Below, piece by piece: positions 49,387 to 59,101 of a stretch of DNA of 64,000 bases; the first letter of the stretch is position 1; each line of letters starts with the position of its first letter. Under the pieces are notes generated by a model that was given only the letters and a program-made list of their open reading frames with translations, had not been told where the DNA came from and did not search any database. Position numbers and translations under genes: made by a program. The stretch is from the IMG/VR virus record IMGVR_UViG_3300010352_001543; one strand, 5' to 3'. This DNA is from a virus (Duplodnaviria > Caudoviricetes).

Positions 49387-50247
49387 TTAATAAATTGGCC
49401 TATGGTATCTAAATAGTAATGAATCTAACACAGCATCGGTTAAATAATTTCCAATTCCAGATAAAATAAGACCATTACAATTCTTTTGTTCATGACAACT
49501 ATCAATCCATGCATCCCAATTTTTAGAAAGTAATTTGATAAATGATTCTTCATTTCCTCTATCATGGTATCGTTGTAAGTATTCTTCTTTTAATTCTTTG
49601 TTTGGATATATTAGTTCAAAATCAATATTATTTTCAACCAAAGCCGTTCTGACCGCTTCATGTGAACTAACTAAGATAATGGACGCTTCTTCCATATTAT
49701 CTTTAATGTGTTGTATGTAATTTGCTGGAAAATTGGCTTTGTCGAATTTTGAACTATCAGAATCTAAAATTTTAAAATCAGGATAGTTGATAGACATAAA
49801 TCTACATAATTCAGTTTTACCTGTTCCAGGAAATGCTGAAATGACTTCACATCTTTTATTTATACCATCAGGTATTAAATGTTCATCAACATATTTGATA
49901 ATTCCGATCTTGATCAATCTTTTGAAATAATAACCACATTTTTCCGTGATAATAACATCTTTCATCCAATTGTTTTTAATATCTGAAAATATATAATCTA
50001 TTACTTGGATTTGATCATCAAATCCTAATAAATCCACCGCATCTTCTATCCTGTCATATAATATTATTTGGAAGTCAGAAGTGAATTCTTTTGCTTTAAC
50101 TGATTTTATTAATTCTTTTTTAAATCTTTCGAAATCACTATCAGATACTATTTTTTCAAATTTTTTAACTTGCTCAATAATTTCTTGAATGACATGTTGA
50201 TCTTTTAATAATTTCAATAATTTTAAATATACTTTTGTGTACCCCAT
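49387..50247 (-). CDS. Protein with a C-terminal P-loop kinase-like domain
   Basis: VISAFPGTGKT Walker A, LDSDSSKF, YLQRYHDRGN. Confidence 0.7.
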   Translation of the reverse strand: MGYTKVYLKLLKLLKDQHVIQEIIEQVKKFEKIVSDSDFERFKKELIKSVKAKEFTSDFQIILYDRIEDAVDLLGFDDQIQVIDYIFSDIKNNWMKDVIITEKCGYYFKRLIKIGIIKYVDEHLIPDGINKRCEVISAFPGTGKTELCRFMSINYPDFKILDSDSSKFDKANFPANYIQHIKDNMEEASIILVSSHEAVRTALVENNIDFELIYPNKELKEEYLQRYHDRGNEESFIKLLSKNWDAWIDSCHEQKNCNGLILSGIGNYLTDAVLDSLLFRYHRPIY

Positions 50248-50271
50248 TTTATTTTCCTTTTATATTTTATT

Positions 50272-50574
50272 TTATGCTTCTTGGAAGTCTTCTTCAGTCA
50301 AATCACTATTATCCCAAATTGGGTCCATAGCATCGTTCTCTCTATCCATGAATATTATTTCATCGTTCGAACATTCCGTTAATGGTCTATCCCAACAAGT
50401 TTTTGTTAGATATTCAAATTGTTCTAACGTTTTATTTAATTTTTCATTTATCCATTTAAAATTACATTCAGTTTTGATATCAGGTTGCTGATTATTCAAA
50501 CATAAATCATGATATGTAATCAACATATTTTGAGTTTGTTTAAATAACATTAAATCTTCTAATTCCATTAGCAT
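50272..50574 (-). CDS. Hypothetical protein
   Basis: 100-aa ORF in an operon. Confidence 0.55.
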   Translation of the reverse strand: MLMELEDLMLFKQTQNMLITYHDLCLNNQQPDIKTECNFKWINEKLNKTLEQFEYLTKTCWDRPLTECSNDEIIFMDRENDAMDPIWDNSDLTEEDFQEA

Positions 50575-50575
50575 C

Positions 50576-51055
50576 TTAGTTGTCCTTGTATTTTCTCATA
50601 GGATAAGCATATGAATCGCGTTCAAATTCCATACTTATATGATAATAAAAATCTCTTGTTATTTGATTCAATTGTTCGTCTGACACAGAAATTCCAGCAT
50701 ATAAAAGAATTTCTTTCACTGCTTCTAATTGTTCAGGATTTATAGGTTTTTCTAAATATTTGACTATTTTATTTGTTTTTATAGCATAATCTATTTCTTG
50801 TTTTGTTGAAGAACCAATATAACCATCCACATTTATAACAAAAATTTCGTCAGCTAAATCAATTTTTCGTTTGTGCATTTCATCTAACATATTCTTAGTA
50901 TCTTCTAACCAAACTTCATCATCTCCTGAATGACCGAATAAACCAACACTTATAACTATATTTCCTTCTAATGTCAAACGTTTTTGTTCTCTTAAAAATT
51001 CTTCTTTGAATTTAGTACTTCCACATAAAGTAATTATTTTAAAATTTCCTATCAT
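50576..51055 (-). CDS. Nucleoside 2-deoxyribosyltransferase-like (DUF4406-like) protein
   Basis: IITLCGS..F, H.RKIDLADEIFVIN..GYIGSST..EIDYA. Confidence 0.65.
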   Translation of the reverse strand: MIGNFKIITLCGSTKFKEEFLREQKRLTLEGNIVISVGLFGHSGDDEVWLEDTKNMLDEMHKRKIDLADEIFVINVDGYIGSSTKQEIDYAIKTNKIVKYLEKPINPEQLEAVKEILLYAGISVSDEQLNQITRDFYYHISMEFERDSYAYPMRKYKDN

Positions 51056-51056
51056 T

Positions 51057-51506
51057 TTAATATCCTAAAAATTTAGCGGTGTTTATGAAAATACGTTCCA
51101 ATTGGTCCGACATCTTGAAACGCTCTTTGTTGATGTCAATTGATTTATAAATGTCTCCATTGTCATGCCGTTCTGAACTTGCTTTCCAATCAGCAAATAG
51201 CTCCATTAAATCAATCATGTTCATATCATCAATTCCGTTTTCGAAATGTTCCGGATGGTGCCTATTATTTTCGTAATGATGTTGTAGCGCTGGACCCAGT
51301 TCCACTAATGCTTTTTTGTATTCAGGTGATCCATAAGTAGATGTTCTGAGATTGGCTGAATACTTGTCAAACATTTCTTTCTCAGGAGATTCTAATTTCG
51401 AAAGGTCATGTAGTAATCCTCTAAGATATAAATCTTTTTCTATGTCCGTTAAAATTTCTTGTACACGTTTAATATGTAATTCTGTTCCGTTTGTTAGGTG
51501 TTTCAT
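51057..51506 (-). CDS. HD-superfamily protein (DUF5662-like)
   Basis: H...V, LHDLSKL, HHYENNRHHPEH, DLMELFADW. Confidence 0.75.
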   Translation of the reverse strand: MKHLTNGTELHIKRVQEILTDIEKDLYLRGLLHDLSKLESPEKEMFDKYSANLRTSTYGSPEYKKALVELGPALQHHYENNRHHPEHFENGIDDMNMIDLMELFADWKASSERHDNGDIYKSIDINKERFKMSDQLERIFINTAKFLGY

Positions 51507-51508
51507 TT

Positions 51509-51889
51509 TTATTTTATTTCCTTGATTTGTGTTTTGAAAAACCAGGTTTCTGTTGAAAAATAGTATTGTTTTTTGTTTTTGTTAAAATGATGGTCCCAAT
51601 AAAGAACATAATTGCCTTTTAAATCAATTATGGTAATTGTGTCTATTTTCATCTCAAATGGATTCGGATCAAATGAAGAAAAACTAGAACTATAAAGGTA
51701 AGTTTGTCCTTTTTCAAGTTTTATGAATTGACTGCTAATATAATGTGGTATATTACAGTCAAATAAATAAAGCCACCAATAATATACAACTAAATAAATT
51801 AAAACACCTAATGATATTCGAAAAAATGTTTTTACTTTCATAGTCCTAACCACACTGTTAATTTTTCTAATAAATTTCTTTTCCAACAA
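51509..51889 (-). CDS. Single-TM hypothetical protein
   Basis: Hydrophobic ISLGVLIYLVVYYWWLYLF; start probably at MKVKTF. Confidence 0.55.
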   Translation of the reverse strand: MLEKKFIRKINSVVRTMKVKTFFRISLGVLIYLVVYYWWLYLFDCNIPHYISSQFIKLEKGQTYLYSSSFSSFDPNPFEMKIDTITIIDLKGNYVLYWDHHFNKNKKQYYFSTETWFFKTQIKEIK

Positions 51890-52140
51890 TAGTTTTTAAA
51901 GTCACGTGACTGGGACATTTCATATAATATATCAAATGGCAGTTCTTCAAAAGGAATGTGTTGAAAATTAGGATCGCAATACTTTGCTCTACCTCTACTA
52001 TATCCAATCGATGATTTGATAGGAGGATCATTCCAAAAATTTTTCAGATAATTAGTTTTTTTCGTTCCTAATTTCTTAATAGTAAGATATTCAATATATT
52101 CTTTTTCACTTATCATTTTTATCCTACCAGCTCCAATCAA
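51838..52140 (-). CDS. Hypothetical protein
   Basis: Open frame; start probably at MISEKE. Confidence 0.5.
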   Translation of the reverse strand: MIGAGRIKMISEKEYIEYLTIKKLGTKKTNYLKNFWNDPPIKSSIGYSRGRAKYCDPNFQHIPFEELPFDILYEMSQSRDFKNYCWKRNLLEKLTVWLGL

Positions 52141-52732
52141 ATAAATGATCTTTTAAAATTTTAAATAGTCTATCCAAGTCCTTACTTCTCTCACTGAAAT
52201 AAAATTCAATATTGTCTTTGGAAAGTTTGGAATAGATTAATTTTTCTTCATCTGTTCGTTCTTTTAGATATTTTTTAATATCTATATCTTCAGCTAAATA
52301 CTCTTCGTGCTGCTTTGCTACAAACTCTTTCATTTCAGAAGTCATGTAATAAAATTCATGATCGATTAATCTATCCAATATTTCAACCGCTACATTCATC
52401 TGCTCGGTTGCAATGTCCCATCCATCATAGTATTGAGCTTTGCTAAAATTTTTAGACATGTTATCAATTTTGAAACGCATTAATTTTAAAAGATCTTCTG
52501 AATCCCAATCAATGTCATTCCAAACAATTTTTCTGTATTTCCAAAGGTTGTTGATTCCTCTAACAAAATTACGGAAACCTTCTTTTATTTTACCCGGAAA
52601 AGAAAATGGCCAGTCCAGCCAATCTTTAAAATCACTTAATATTTCTTTGATGTTCATTTTTACATAACTCCCCAATGATGAAATAAAAGGTATATTAAAT
52701 AGACAGCAATGGCAAATACAAAAATTTTCCAA
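52124..52732 (-). CDS. Conserved-looking phage hypothetical protein
   Basis: NLWKYRKIVWNDIDWD...LFKILKDHLFDWSW; start probably at MNIKEIL. Confidence 0.6.
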   Translation of the reverse strand: MENFCICHCCLFNIPFISSLGSYVKMNIKEILSDFKDWLDWPFSFPGKIKEGFRNFVRGINNLWKYRKIVWNDIDWDSEDLLKLMRFKIDNMSKNFSKAQYYDGWDIATEQMNVAVEILDRLIDHEFYYMTSEMKEFVAKQHEEYLAEDIDIKKYLKERTDEEKLIYSKLSKDNIEFYFSERSKDLDRLFKILKDHLFDWSW

Positions 52733-52851
52733 GTATATTCTATTATTTGTAATATTATTCCCACTATGAAAGCAAAAACACTTAAAATAAATCCACCTAC
52801 TATAATTCCGATACTACCCAATATTTCCCAAAAATTATTGTTGTTGCTCAT
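52660..52851 (-). CDS. Small two-TM membrane protein
   Basis: 63 aa, almost entirely hydrophobic. Confidence 0.6.
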   Translation of the reverse strand: MSNNNNFWEILGSIGIIVGGFILSVFAFIVGIILQIIEYTWKIFVFAIAVYLIYLLFHHWGVM

Positions 52852-53053
52852 TCCAATTCTCCTGATATTTTTTAAGTTCTTCTATTTTTCTTAAATTATA
52901 TGAAATCATACCTTTGTATTGGCATTTTTGATATTCCATATTTAACGGTTTAGTCTTTTCTATTCTTTCTATTTCTTTAGACAACTCATTATTTGTCTTA
53001 ATGAGGAAACTAATTTGATGTAAGAATCCTACTTCTAAATGAGGTAAATTCAT
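52835..53053 (-). CDS. Hypothetical protein
   Basis: 72 aa with an AAGGA RBS. Confidence 0.55.
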   Translation of the reverse strand: MNLPHLEVGFLHQISFLIKTNNELSKEIERIEKTKPLNMEYQKCQYKGMISYNLRKIEELKKYQENWNEQQQ

Positions 53054-53063
53054 AAATTTTCCT

Positions 53064-53240
53064 TTATTTTTTAATTATTTTATCTTTTCTTATTTTGTAA
53101 CTAATGAAACAAATGATTCCGAGCAATACCAAGCAACCGAAATAAAGCATTTCATTAAGTGTTGCTATACCGAATGAAGCAAATAAAAATACTATAAATC
53201 CGATGCCATCAACAATGGTTAATTTTATGTTTTTATCCAT
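53064..53240 (-). CDS. Small two-TM membrane protein (58 aa, below the ORF-track cutoff)
   Basis: MDKNIKLTIVDGIGFIVFLFASFGIATLNEMLYFGCLVLLGIICFISYKIRKDKIIKK fills the gap between neighbours. Confidence 0.6.
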   Translation of the reverse strand: MDKNIKLTIVDGIGFIVFLFASFGIATLNEMLYFGCLVLLGIICFISYKIRKDKIIKK

Positions 53241-53342
53241 AGAACTACATCAATTCAAATTTATAACATAATTCATCTGTAGGACGAATTTCGATGTTAT
53301 GAATATAATCACTTGAACCATATTCAAGTATTAATATACCAT

Positions 53343-53786
53343 TCAATTCTTCTTTTTTCTGCAATATAGATATTCGCCAACTAAATCTTTATTTGAATTA
53401 TCTAATATAAAATGATCACCTGTTTTTATTTCCTTTAAAGTACAAGGAATTATTTTTATAGATTCTTCTACAGGAGACAATTGCATACAATCTAAATAAT
53501 AATAAACAAATTGTCCTTTTTCATTCATAACATAGAATGTCAATGAACCTAATCGACTATATGCGATATCATTGTCTATGAGAAATAAGCAAGGAAAATC
53601 ATCCACACTTAGACTCTCAGTTTCTACTTCATCTTCTATAATTTCATTTTTAAGTTCCTCTAAAATAGATATGATTCGATTGGTGATTGCATTTATTTTG
53701 AAAGTTCCTTCTAATACTCCTCTTTGTTCAAATAGTAATTGGTCTATTTGAGCTTCTGTTAAATTCATTTCTGATAGTACACTCAT
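53343..53786 (-). CDS. Hypothetical protein with a possible -1 frame extension to 53245
   Basis: Ends AGA-AAA-AAG-AAG-AAT-TGA; the -1 frame stays open for 35 more codons. Confidence 0.6.
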   Translation of the reverse strand: MSVLSEMNLTEAQIDQLLFEQRGVLEGTFKINAITNRIISILEELKNEIIEDEVETESLSVDDFPCLFLIDNDIAYSRLGSLTFYVMNEKGQFVYYYLDCMQLSPVEESIKIIPCTLKEIKTGDHFILDNSNKDLVGEYLYCRKKKN

Positions 53787-53796
53787 TTTTGTTTCC

Positions 53797-54171
53797 TTAA
53801 ATAATTGGTTCCGGATATTTAATTGTTTTGTTAGCTACATCAACAATTGCTATTTCTTCGTTTCCGAGAAGAATATACAACTGGTTGAATTCTGGATCTT
53901 TTTCTGTATTTTTTACATTGTGGATGTACACATTTGAAATCCAATCCAAAATAAAATAACCCATTGTACCGTCTTTGAAGACGATGAGATTGTTGTATTC
54001 TGTTTCATCCCTGTAAATGGAGAAGTCGTTGTTCCTGAAATAAATTTCATTAAAATTTACTTCATTTAGTTCTTCTGCATCGAACAACACCTCTTTGACC
54101 GTATCAAGTGGTTCTTCTGTTTTAACTTTACCTGTAACGAAGTCATCATATTTGATAATGTAATTATCCAT
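53797..54171 (-). CDS. Hypothetical protein with a weak leader-like N-terminus
   Basis: MDNYIIKYDDFV. Confidence 0.6.
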   Translation of the reverse strand: MDNYIIKYDDFVTGKVKTEEPLDTVKEVLFDAEELNEVNFNEIYFRNNDFSIYRDETEYNNLIVFKDGTMGYFILDWISNVYIHNVKNTEKDPEFNQLYILLGNEEIAIVDVANKTIKYPEPII

Positions 54172-54174
54172 TTT

Positions 54175-54984
54175 CTATCCTTGTTTAAAATTTTCAATCG
54201 CTTCATCAACTATACTTTGAAGCAACAATAATTTGTCCAAATCGGTAACATATATACTACTGCTACCTAATTCTGTATTTGAAAGATGATCAAAGTCCAT
54301 AAATATTCCACCACGTTGTAATGGTTTTACAAAGAATTTGATATCTGCATTGGAAGCTGTAAATGATTCCATAATTTTTTCCTTTTTTTCTCTTAAATAT
54401 CCTGTAGGACAATAATTTGTCCCATAGGCTTTGTCTATCTTTTTTAAGTACTTTTCTATTTTGCCGTGAAGTTTTAAAAGATGTTTGAATTGGTTTTCTT
54501 TTAACTGTTGCTTAATTTCTGGTCCTAAATTATTGATTTCCTCTGGGACGAATTCCATAATTAAAGACATTCCTGATTCTTTTAATTGATTATTTATTTT
54601 CGTTAGATGATTATAAAATCTTTGAACGTTTTTAATTGTAATCAAGCTTGAATGCAACCGGTGACGTCTCTTACATAGTTCAGCCAACGCGTCATGTTGC
54701 TCTTCTGTTAAAATACCAATCTTTTTGTTGTTTGCCATAACTTTTTTAACATATTCTTTTCTCTTTTCATAAACTTCTTTTGATAACTTTGGTTTGTGTT
54801 TCGAAATATATTCAATTGCGTGGTCAACCATCCTTTGCAAAATTGATATTTCATTCAGGTCTTTTATTTGTAATATGTTTGCCGGTGAATCTGTTCCTGA
54901 ACAATATTCCAAATTCAATCCACCATCAATCAAAGGAACTAAACACAAACTATTTTTTTTGGATTCCAATCTGAATTCGTCCAT
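54175..54984 (-). CDS. Hypothetical protein with a duplicated terminal domain
   Basis: PL..GG.....DL....LQ..VD.AIE at both ends. Confidence 0.65.
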   Translation of the reverse strand: MDEFRLESKKNSLCLVPLIDGGLNLEYCSGTDSPANILQIKDLNEISILQRMVDHAIEYISKHKPKLSKEVYEKRKEYVKKVMANNKKIGILTEEQHDALAELCKRRHRLHSSLITIKNVQRFYNHLTKINNQLKESGMSLIMEFVPEEINNLGPEIKQQLKENQFKHLLKLHGKIEKYLKKIDKAYGTNYCPTGYLREKKEKIMESFTASNADIKFFVKPLQRGGIFMDFDHLSNTELGSSSIYVTDLDKLLLLQSIVDEAIENFKQG

Positions 54985-54993
54985 GAATATTCC

Positions 54994-55617
54994 TTATTCT
55001 GTTATTTTTCCATCATAATCAATATCGTCAAAAATAACAGGTACTAATTGTTGTAATTCTTTCAATAGAGGAATCATCAAAGCTCTCATTTGTGGATGAG
55101 CTGCCTTAGCACATCTCATAGTAAAAATATGTCTCCATTCTCGAAGATTGGCAGTGACTACTATCTCTGTTTTCAAACTATTCGGAAGCACCTCTCTTGC
55201 TTGTTCTAATCTTGATTTTTGTTCTATTAATCTACAATATATCGCTTCAGTTGAAGACATAGATTTACCCCAAAGATTTTTCTCTTCATCACTCCATTTA
55301 TCCCACCAAACAGGCCTTATGAATTCCATATTACCATCATATTTAACATAACGGGTTGACTCTTGAGAAAATGCAGCAAGTCTATGACGAACCAATTCAT
55401 GGGTCACTCCGCGGTTGGTGATAAATTTAACAGTAAGGGAAACATGTTCAATCACCGACTGGTGGTTTTTCTTTAAAATCATTTTACAAAATTTTTCTGC
55501 CGATCCTGGTTTGATGTCGCCTTCTGATTGATAACAGGTCCGACCTATTTTCTCTAAAGTTTCTAAAATATTTTTAGGTATTACCATTATTTGATAACTC
55601 TGTTCTACTATTTTCAT
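54994..55617 (-). CDS. thyX: FAD-dependent thymidylate synthase ThyX
   Basis: HQSVIEH, THELVRHRLAAFSQESTRY, AREVLPNS, NLREWRH...R....AHPQMR. Confidence 0.96.
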   Translation of the reverse strand: MKIVEQSYQIMVIPKNILETLEKIGRTCYQSEGDIKPGSAEKFCKMILKKNHQSVIEHVSLTVKFITNRGVTHELVRHRLAAFSQESTRYVKYDGNMEFIRPVWWDKWSDEEKNLWGKSMSSTEAIYCRLIEQKSRLEQAREVLPNSLKTEIVVTANLREWRHIFTMRCAKAAHPQMRALMIPLLKELQQLVPVIFDDIDYDGKITE

Positions 55618-55621
55618 TTTG

Positions 55622-55822
55622 CTATTTCCTTTGATTGTTTTGATATAATGAGCAACTTTGTTCAGTCGCCTTTTGATTATTTAATTGTTCTGCAAGATAA
55701 ATTCTCAGTCCTTTTCGAACTGTATGAATTGTTTGTCTTCTTAAACATCCGTATTTAGAAGACGTTTCATTTTTAAAAATATTGTCACAACCAAGACAAA
55801 ATTGATCAGGATTTTTTACCAT
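55622..55822 (-). CDS. Small Cys-containing hypothetical protein
   Basis: CLGC...C...C. Confidence 0.45.
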   Translation of the reverse strand: MVKNPDQFCLGCDNIFKNETSSKYGCLRRQTIHTVRKGLRIYLAEQLNNQKATEQSCSLYQNNQRK

Positions 55823-56816
55823 ATAAAATATTGTCGCATATTATTGAAATAATTTCATTGATACTTTCTTGGTTTATATTTAAAACAAAATCTTGAAATG
55901 CTTCATGTGTAGAAAACATTTCTTTAAAATTATTTATGATCTTTCCTATGATAGCTCCTTCTTGAAGTCCGGTTACTTCCATGATGATTCGACCATTAAA
56001 CTTTTCAGCTACTGCTTTACTTCTTTCATATTTTGCTATCAATGTAGCCCACTTGGCTTCAACATATACTAACGGAAAATGTTTTTTACATAATTCAAAT
56101 ACTTTTTCTTTGCTTGGTTTTTCTATCTTAGCTGGAAACCTATCAACGTTTCTGTTCATCCAATCAACAAACAGATGATAATTGACTCTTAGATTATCTC
56201 GACGGTTCATTGCAGAATTCTGAAAACTTGGTTCAATGATACGGCGATTGAAAAATGGAGAAGTAGCACAAAATTCAAACACATCTTCCATTGTTTCAAA
56301 TCCTTGTAGCCACCGGTCAAAGTCCAGTCCTAAAACATTCATTGCTTGTCTTGGATCCTTTGTTAAAGCAATTTTACCAAGTTTATGACCGTCATAATGA
56401 ACTTTATAGTATAGACCATCGAACCCGAAGGTTAAGCCGATACACTTTGCTAACCTACCAACTATCAAACCAAAGTCATTGTAATTGTAGAATAGCTTAG
56501 TGAATTCAAATTCTTCCGGAGGAACCAGAATCAAATCAACTTGCAGATCATTGTAGTCAAATGAAACACAATTACTATTTGAATTTTTCTCAGTACATGT
56601 TATCATACTAAATATACCATCGAGCGTTTGTTTCCGGTCACCTGTTATTTCTACTAAGATATCCAAGTCCCCAAACGTTTCTTTTTGATTAAAAGATTTA
56701 ACCACATACACATTAGTTATTATTTCAAGTAGAGGAACTAACTCATTTACCACTTCTTCTATTTCTGCTTTGGAGTATCGTCGAGTATTGACTGTTTTAA
56801 GTGCTTTACCACCCAT
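55806..56816 (-). CDS. Pol-beta-superfamily nucleotidyltransferase
   Basis: MGGKAL, KETFGDLDILV (GDxD), QVDLI. Confidence 0.75.
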   Translation of the reverse strand: MGGKALKTVNTRRYSKAEIEEVVNELVPLLEIITNVYVVKSFNQKETFGDLDILVEITGDRKQTLDGIFSMITCTEKNSNSNCVSFDYNDLQVDLILVPPEEFEFTKLFYNYNDFGLIVGRLAKCIGLTFGFDGLYYKVHYDGHKLGKIALTKDPRQAMNVLGLDFDRWLQGFETMEDVFEFCATSPFFNRRIIEPSFQNSAMNRRDNLRVNYHLFVDWMNRNVDRFPAKIEKPSKEKVFELCKKHFPLVYVEAKWATLIAKYERSKAVAEKFNGRIIMEVTGLQEGAIIGKIINNFKEMFSTHEAFQDFVLNINQESINEIISIICDNILYGKKS

Positions 56817-57061
56817 GTTTTAAATTACTTTGTATTAGTTGTTAATTTGCTAATTTGTTCCAATAAAAATTCAGTCGAGATTGTCATCGATTCTGAACCT
56901 CTGCCACCCCATCCATGATCCCAATTAAATTCAATTTCAATTTTCACCTTCATCTTTTAAAGTAATCATGAAATCACTGTCATACCTTTTAGCAGTTATC
57001 CAGATTTCATTTGTAGAAGAAGGGCGGTAAAAATGTTCTTTAATTATTAAATCATCCATTG

Positions 57062-57514
57062 TTAAATTACCCCAAGTTCTTTGGTATGAATTTCAAAAGC
57101 GTTTAATACCATTTCAACACCATCCGCAGTTATTATAACAATTTCTCGCTTTTGATTTATTTGTAATTTTTTACAGCTGATGATCATTGTTTGTTCTTCA
57201 TCAAATAAAATATTAGCATTGTATCGAATTTCATAAATTTTAACACGGTCAGCGTCATAAATGTCTTTTTGTTCACAATAATACTTTTTAAAGGCATCCA
57301 TGAATTCATTCAAAGTTTCTTTTTCTGTTGTTCCATAATTTATTTTTGATCTATCTACTTCAGAGAAAAAATCAAACACACTACTAGCTATTTCAGGATT
57401 TTTTATTATTCCATAATACCGCAATTCCCAATTTGATTCATTGTCTTCAAAAACAGAAGATTTGAAAATCTTCTCTGCTTTCAAGTATATTTTTTCTAAT
57501 TCTTTGAATTCCAT
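57062..57514 (-). CDS. Hypothetical protein
   Basis: 150-aa ORF. Confidence 0.6.
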   Translation of the reverse strand: MEFKELEKIYLKAEKIFKSSVFEDNESNWELRYYGIIKNPEIASSVFDFFSEVDRSKINYGTTEKETLNEFMDAFKKYYCEQKDIYDADRVKIYEIRYNANILFDEEQTMIISCKKLQINQKREIVIITADGVEMVLNAFEIHTKELGVI

Positions 57515-57517
57515 CTT

Positions 57518-57859
57518 CTAATTCTCCTTATTTGGAATATAACCACAACCTTCATATTCGCGTCCGCCACCGGGTAAATCTTTTCTGATTTGAAATTCTT
57601 TGTCGGAACAATCCGAACAAATTATTTCGTCAGTGAACCAACTCATTATTCTTGAGACAAGAGGAGCACCGCATCTATCACAATTTGTTTGTGTGAAGAA
57701 GGTATCTGCATGTTTTTCGTTATTCATATTACTGTTTATATCTAATTGATTATTACGTGACTTTATGCTACACTCTTTGCATAAAATTCTTATTGGTGTA
57801 TCCCAACTGCCCATATGATCTGTTAGCGCACCGCATTTATCGCATGGTAAATAAGCCAT
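57518..57859 (-). CDS. Double zinc-ribbon protein
   Basis: CDKCG...CKECS and CDRCG...CSDCS. Confidence 0.7.
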   Translation of the reverse strand: MAYLPCDKCGALTDHMGSWDTPIRILCKECSIKSRNNQLDINSNMNNEKHADTFFTQTNCDRCGAPLVSRIMSWFTDEIICSDCSDKEFQIRKDLPGGGREYEGCGYIPNKEN

Positions 57860-57899
57860 GATTTATCTCTGTTTATTTTGTTTAAAAATATTAATATCT

Positions 57900-58202
57900 T
57901 TAGTCATCAAAAGATTGCCATATAACTTTGCCATCTTTCCACCATCCAAAATCATATTCATCTAATGGGTATTCGATAGGAATTACAAACATCTTAAATG
58001 TTCTTTCTTTTTCAATTAACCTCAATCTATTGTTAAGTTGATAGAAAGTAACATCAATTCCAAATTGGCAATTATTTGATTCAACATCTGCGAATACTGC
58101 AGCGTTCCAGTTTTGTAATCTTATTTTGTCTTCTGTCCTTACTATAATATCCATTTTATTTTCTCCACTTGCTTGGTAACGGTTTAATGTCTTTACGAGC
58201 AT
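57900..58202 (-). CDS. Hypothetical protein
   Basis: Open frame; start probably at MDIIVR. Confidence 0.5.
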   Translation of the reverse strand: MLVKTLNRYQASGENKMDIIVRTEDKIRLQNWNAAVFADVESNNCQFGIDVTFYQLNNRLRLIEKERTFKMFVIPIEYPLDEYDFGWWKDGKVIWQSFDD

Positions 58203-58527
58203 CCTTATCCGCCCACATTAATTCTTTACATATTAGATTCTGTCTATCAATTATAGCATCAATAGATTTGAGTTCTATGCCGAAGAACTCATCTATTTCA
58301 ACTTTTTTGTCCCACTTAGAAATTGCTTCAATATCTTTTGCTTTAAGATCTCCTCTCATGATTTTGATATTGATTTCTTTAATGACGTAGTCATTGCAAG
58401 TAACAATTACATCATCTGCTTTAAATTCTACATTCTGAATCCATTCGTAAAGCGCAAATGGGTTCATCGTCTTTTCTGGAAATACATAAGTTCCTTTTTG
58501 AAACTCGTCAGTAAATATAATTTTCAT
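58156..58527 (-). CDS. Hypothetical protein
   Basis: 123-aa ORF. Confidence 0.55.
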   Translation of the reverse strand: MKIIFTDEFQKGTYVFPEKTMNPFALYEWIQNVEFKADDVIVTCNDYVIKEINIKIMRGDLKAKDIEAISKWDKKVEIDEFFGIELKSIDAIIDRQNLICKELMWADKDARKDIKPLPSKWRK

Positions 58528-58529
58528 TT

Positions 58530-59099
58530 TTAATAGCCGTATAAATTTCGAAAAAGTTGACTTTCTTTAAACTCAATTTTGATTTCTTTTAATACATGAA
58601 ACATATGTACATTCATCCAGTTTTCCATTGCATCAGCATCGCTACCATGAAGTCCTATCAATATTCCTGGTCGGTGAGAAGTAACCCTAACAATAAATCT
58701 GTCATCTAATTCAGCAACTTCAATATCAGTGACATTCAAAAACATAGTAGGATTTTTTGATTTTTCTGTGAAGTGACAATCTAAGAACTGTTTTAGAGTT
58801 TTACGGAATTCCTTATCATCTGTTCGATTGAGTTTTTTGTCTTGAAACAATTTTTCTTTACCGATAGTAATACAATCCAAACAAGTCCATTTTCCATCTC
58901 TGCGAGTTTCACCTCCGTCAATTTTCTTGAGTTCTCCACACACACATAAGCGAAAATTATATTGAAAACAATCTTTGTGATAATATTTGCCTTTATGTTC
59001 TGTCATTTCTAATCCTGTTGCGATTTCATATCCACAAACTTCACAATACATTGGCTCCTTTTCTGGACTTGTAATTCCTAATTCTTTTGCTGGTGGCAT
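58530..59099 (-). CDS. Zn-binding domain fused to a ribosomal protein uS3-like type II KH domain
   Basis: CEVCG...HKDC, CVCG...CLDC; VRVTSHRPGILIGLHG versus uS3 VTIHTARPGIVIGKKG. Confidence 0.7.
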   Translation of the reverse strand: MPPAKELGITSPEKEPMYCEVCGYEIATGLEMTEHKGKYYHKDCFQYNFRLCVCGELKKIDGGETRRDGKWTCLDCITIGKEKLFQDKKLNRTDDKEFRKTLKQFLDCHFTEKSKNPTMFLNVTDIEVAELDDRFIVRVTSHRPGILIGLHGSDADAMENWMNVHMFHVLKEIKIEFKESQLFRNLYGY

Positions 59100-59101
59100 T
59101 T

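Noticed and set aside
53064-53240. Apparent non-coding gap or broken gene
   Set aside because: It is an intact 58-aa membrane-protein ORF just under the track's length cutoff
43855-55617. Cellular chromosome origin suggested by ligA, thyX and queC
   Set aside because: These genes are embedded among T4-like virion genes and tiny phage-type ORFs, with no cellular operon context
56825-57059. Two short overlapping ORFs (40 and 42 aa) as a programmed frameshift
   Set aside because: The break lies in a short A-run without a canonical slippery heptamer; a simple indel, an assembly error or two tiny genes cannot be distinguished without reads
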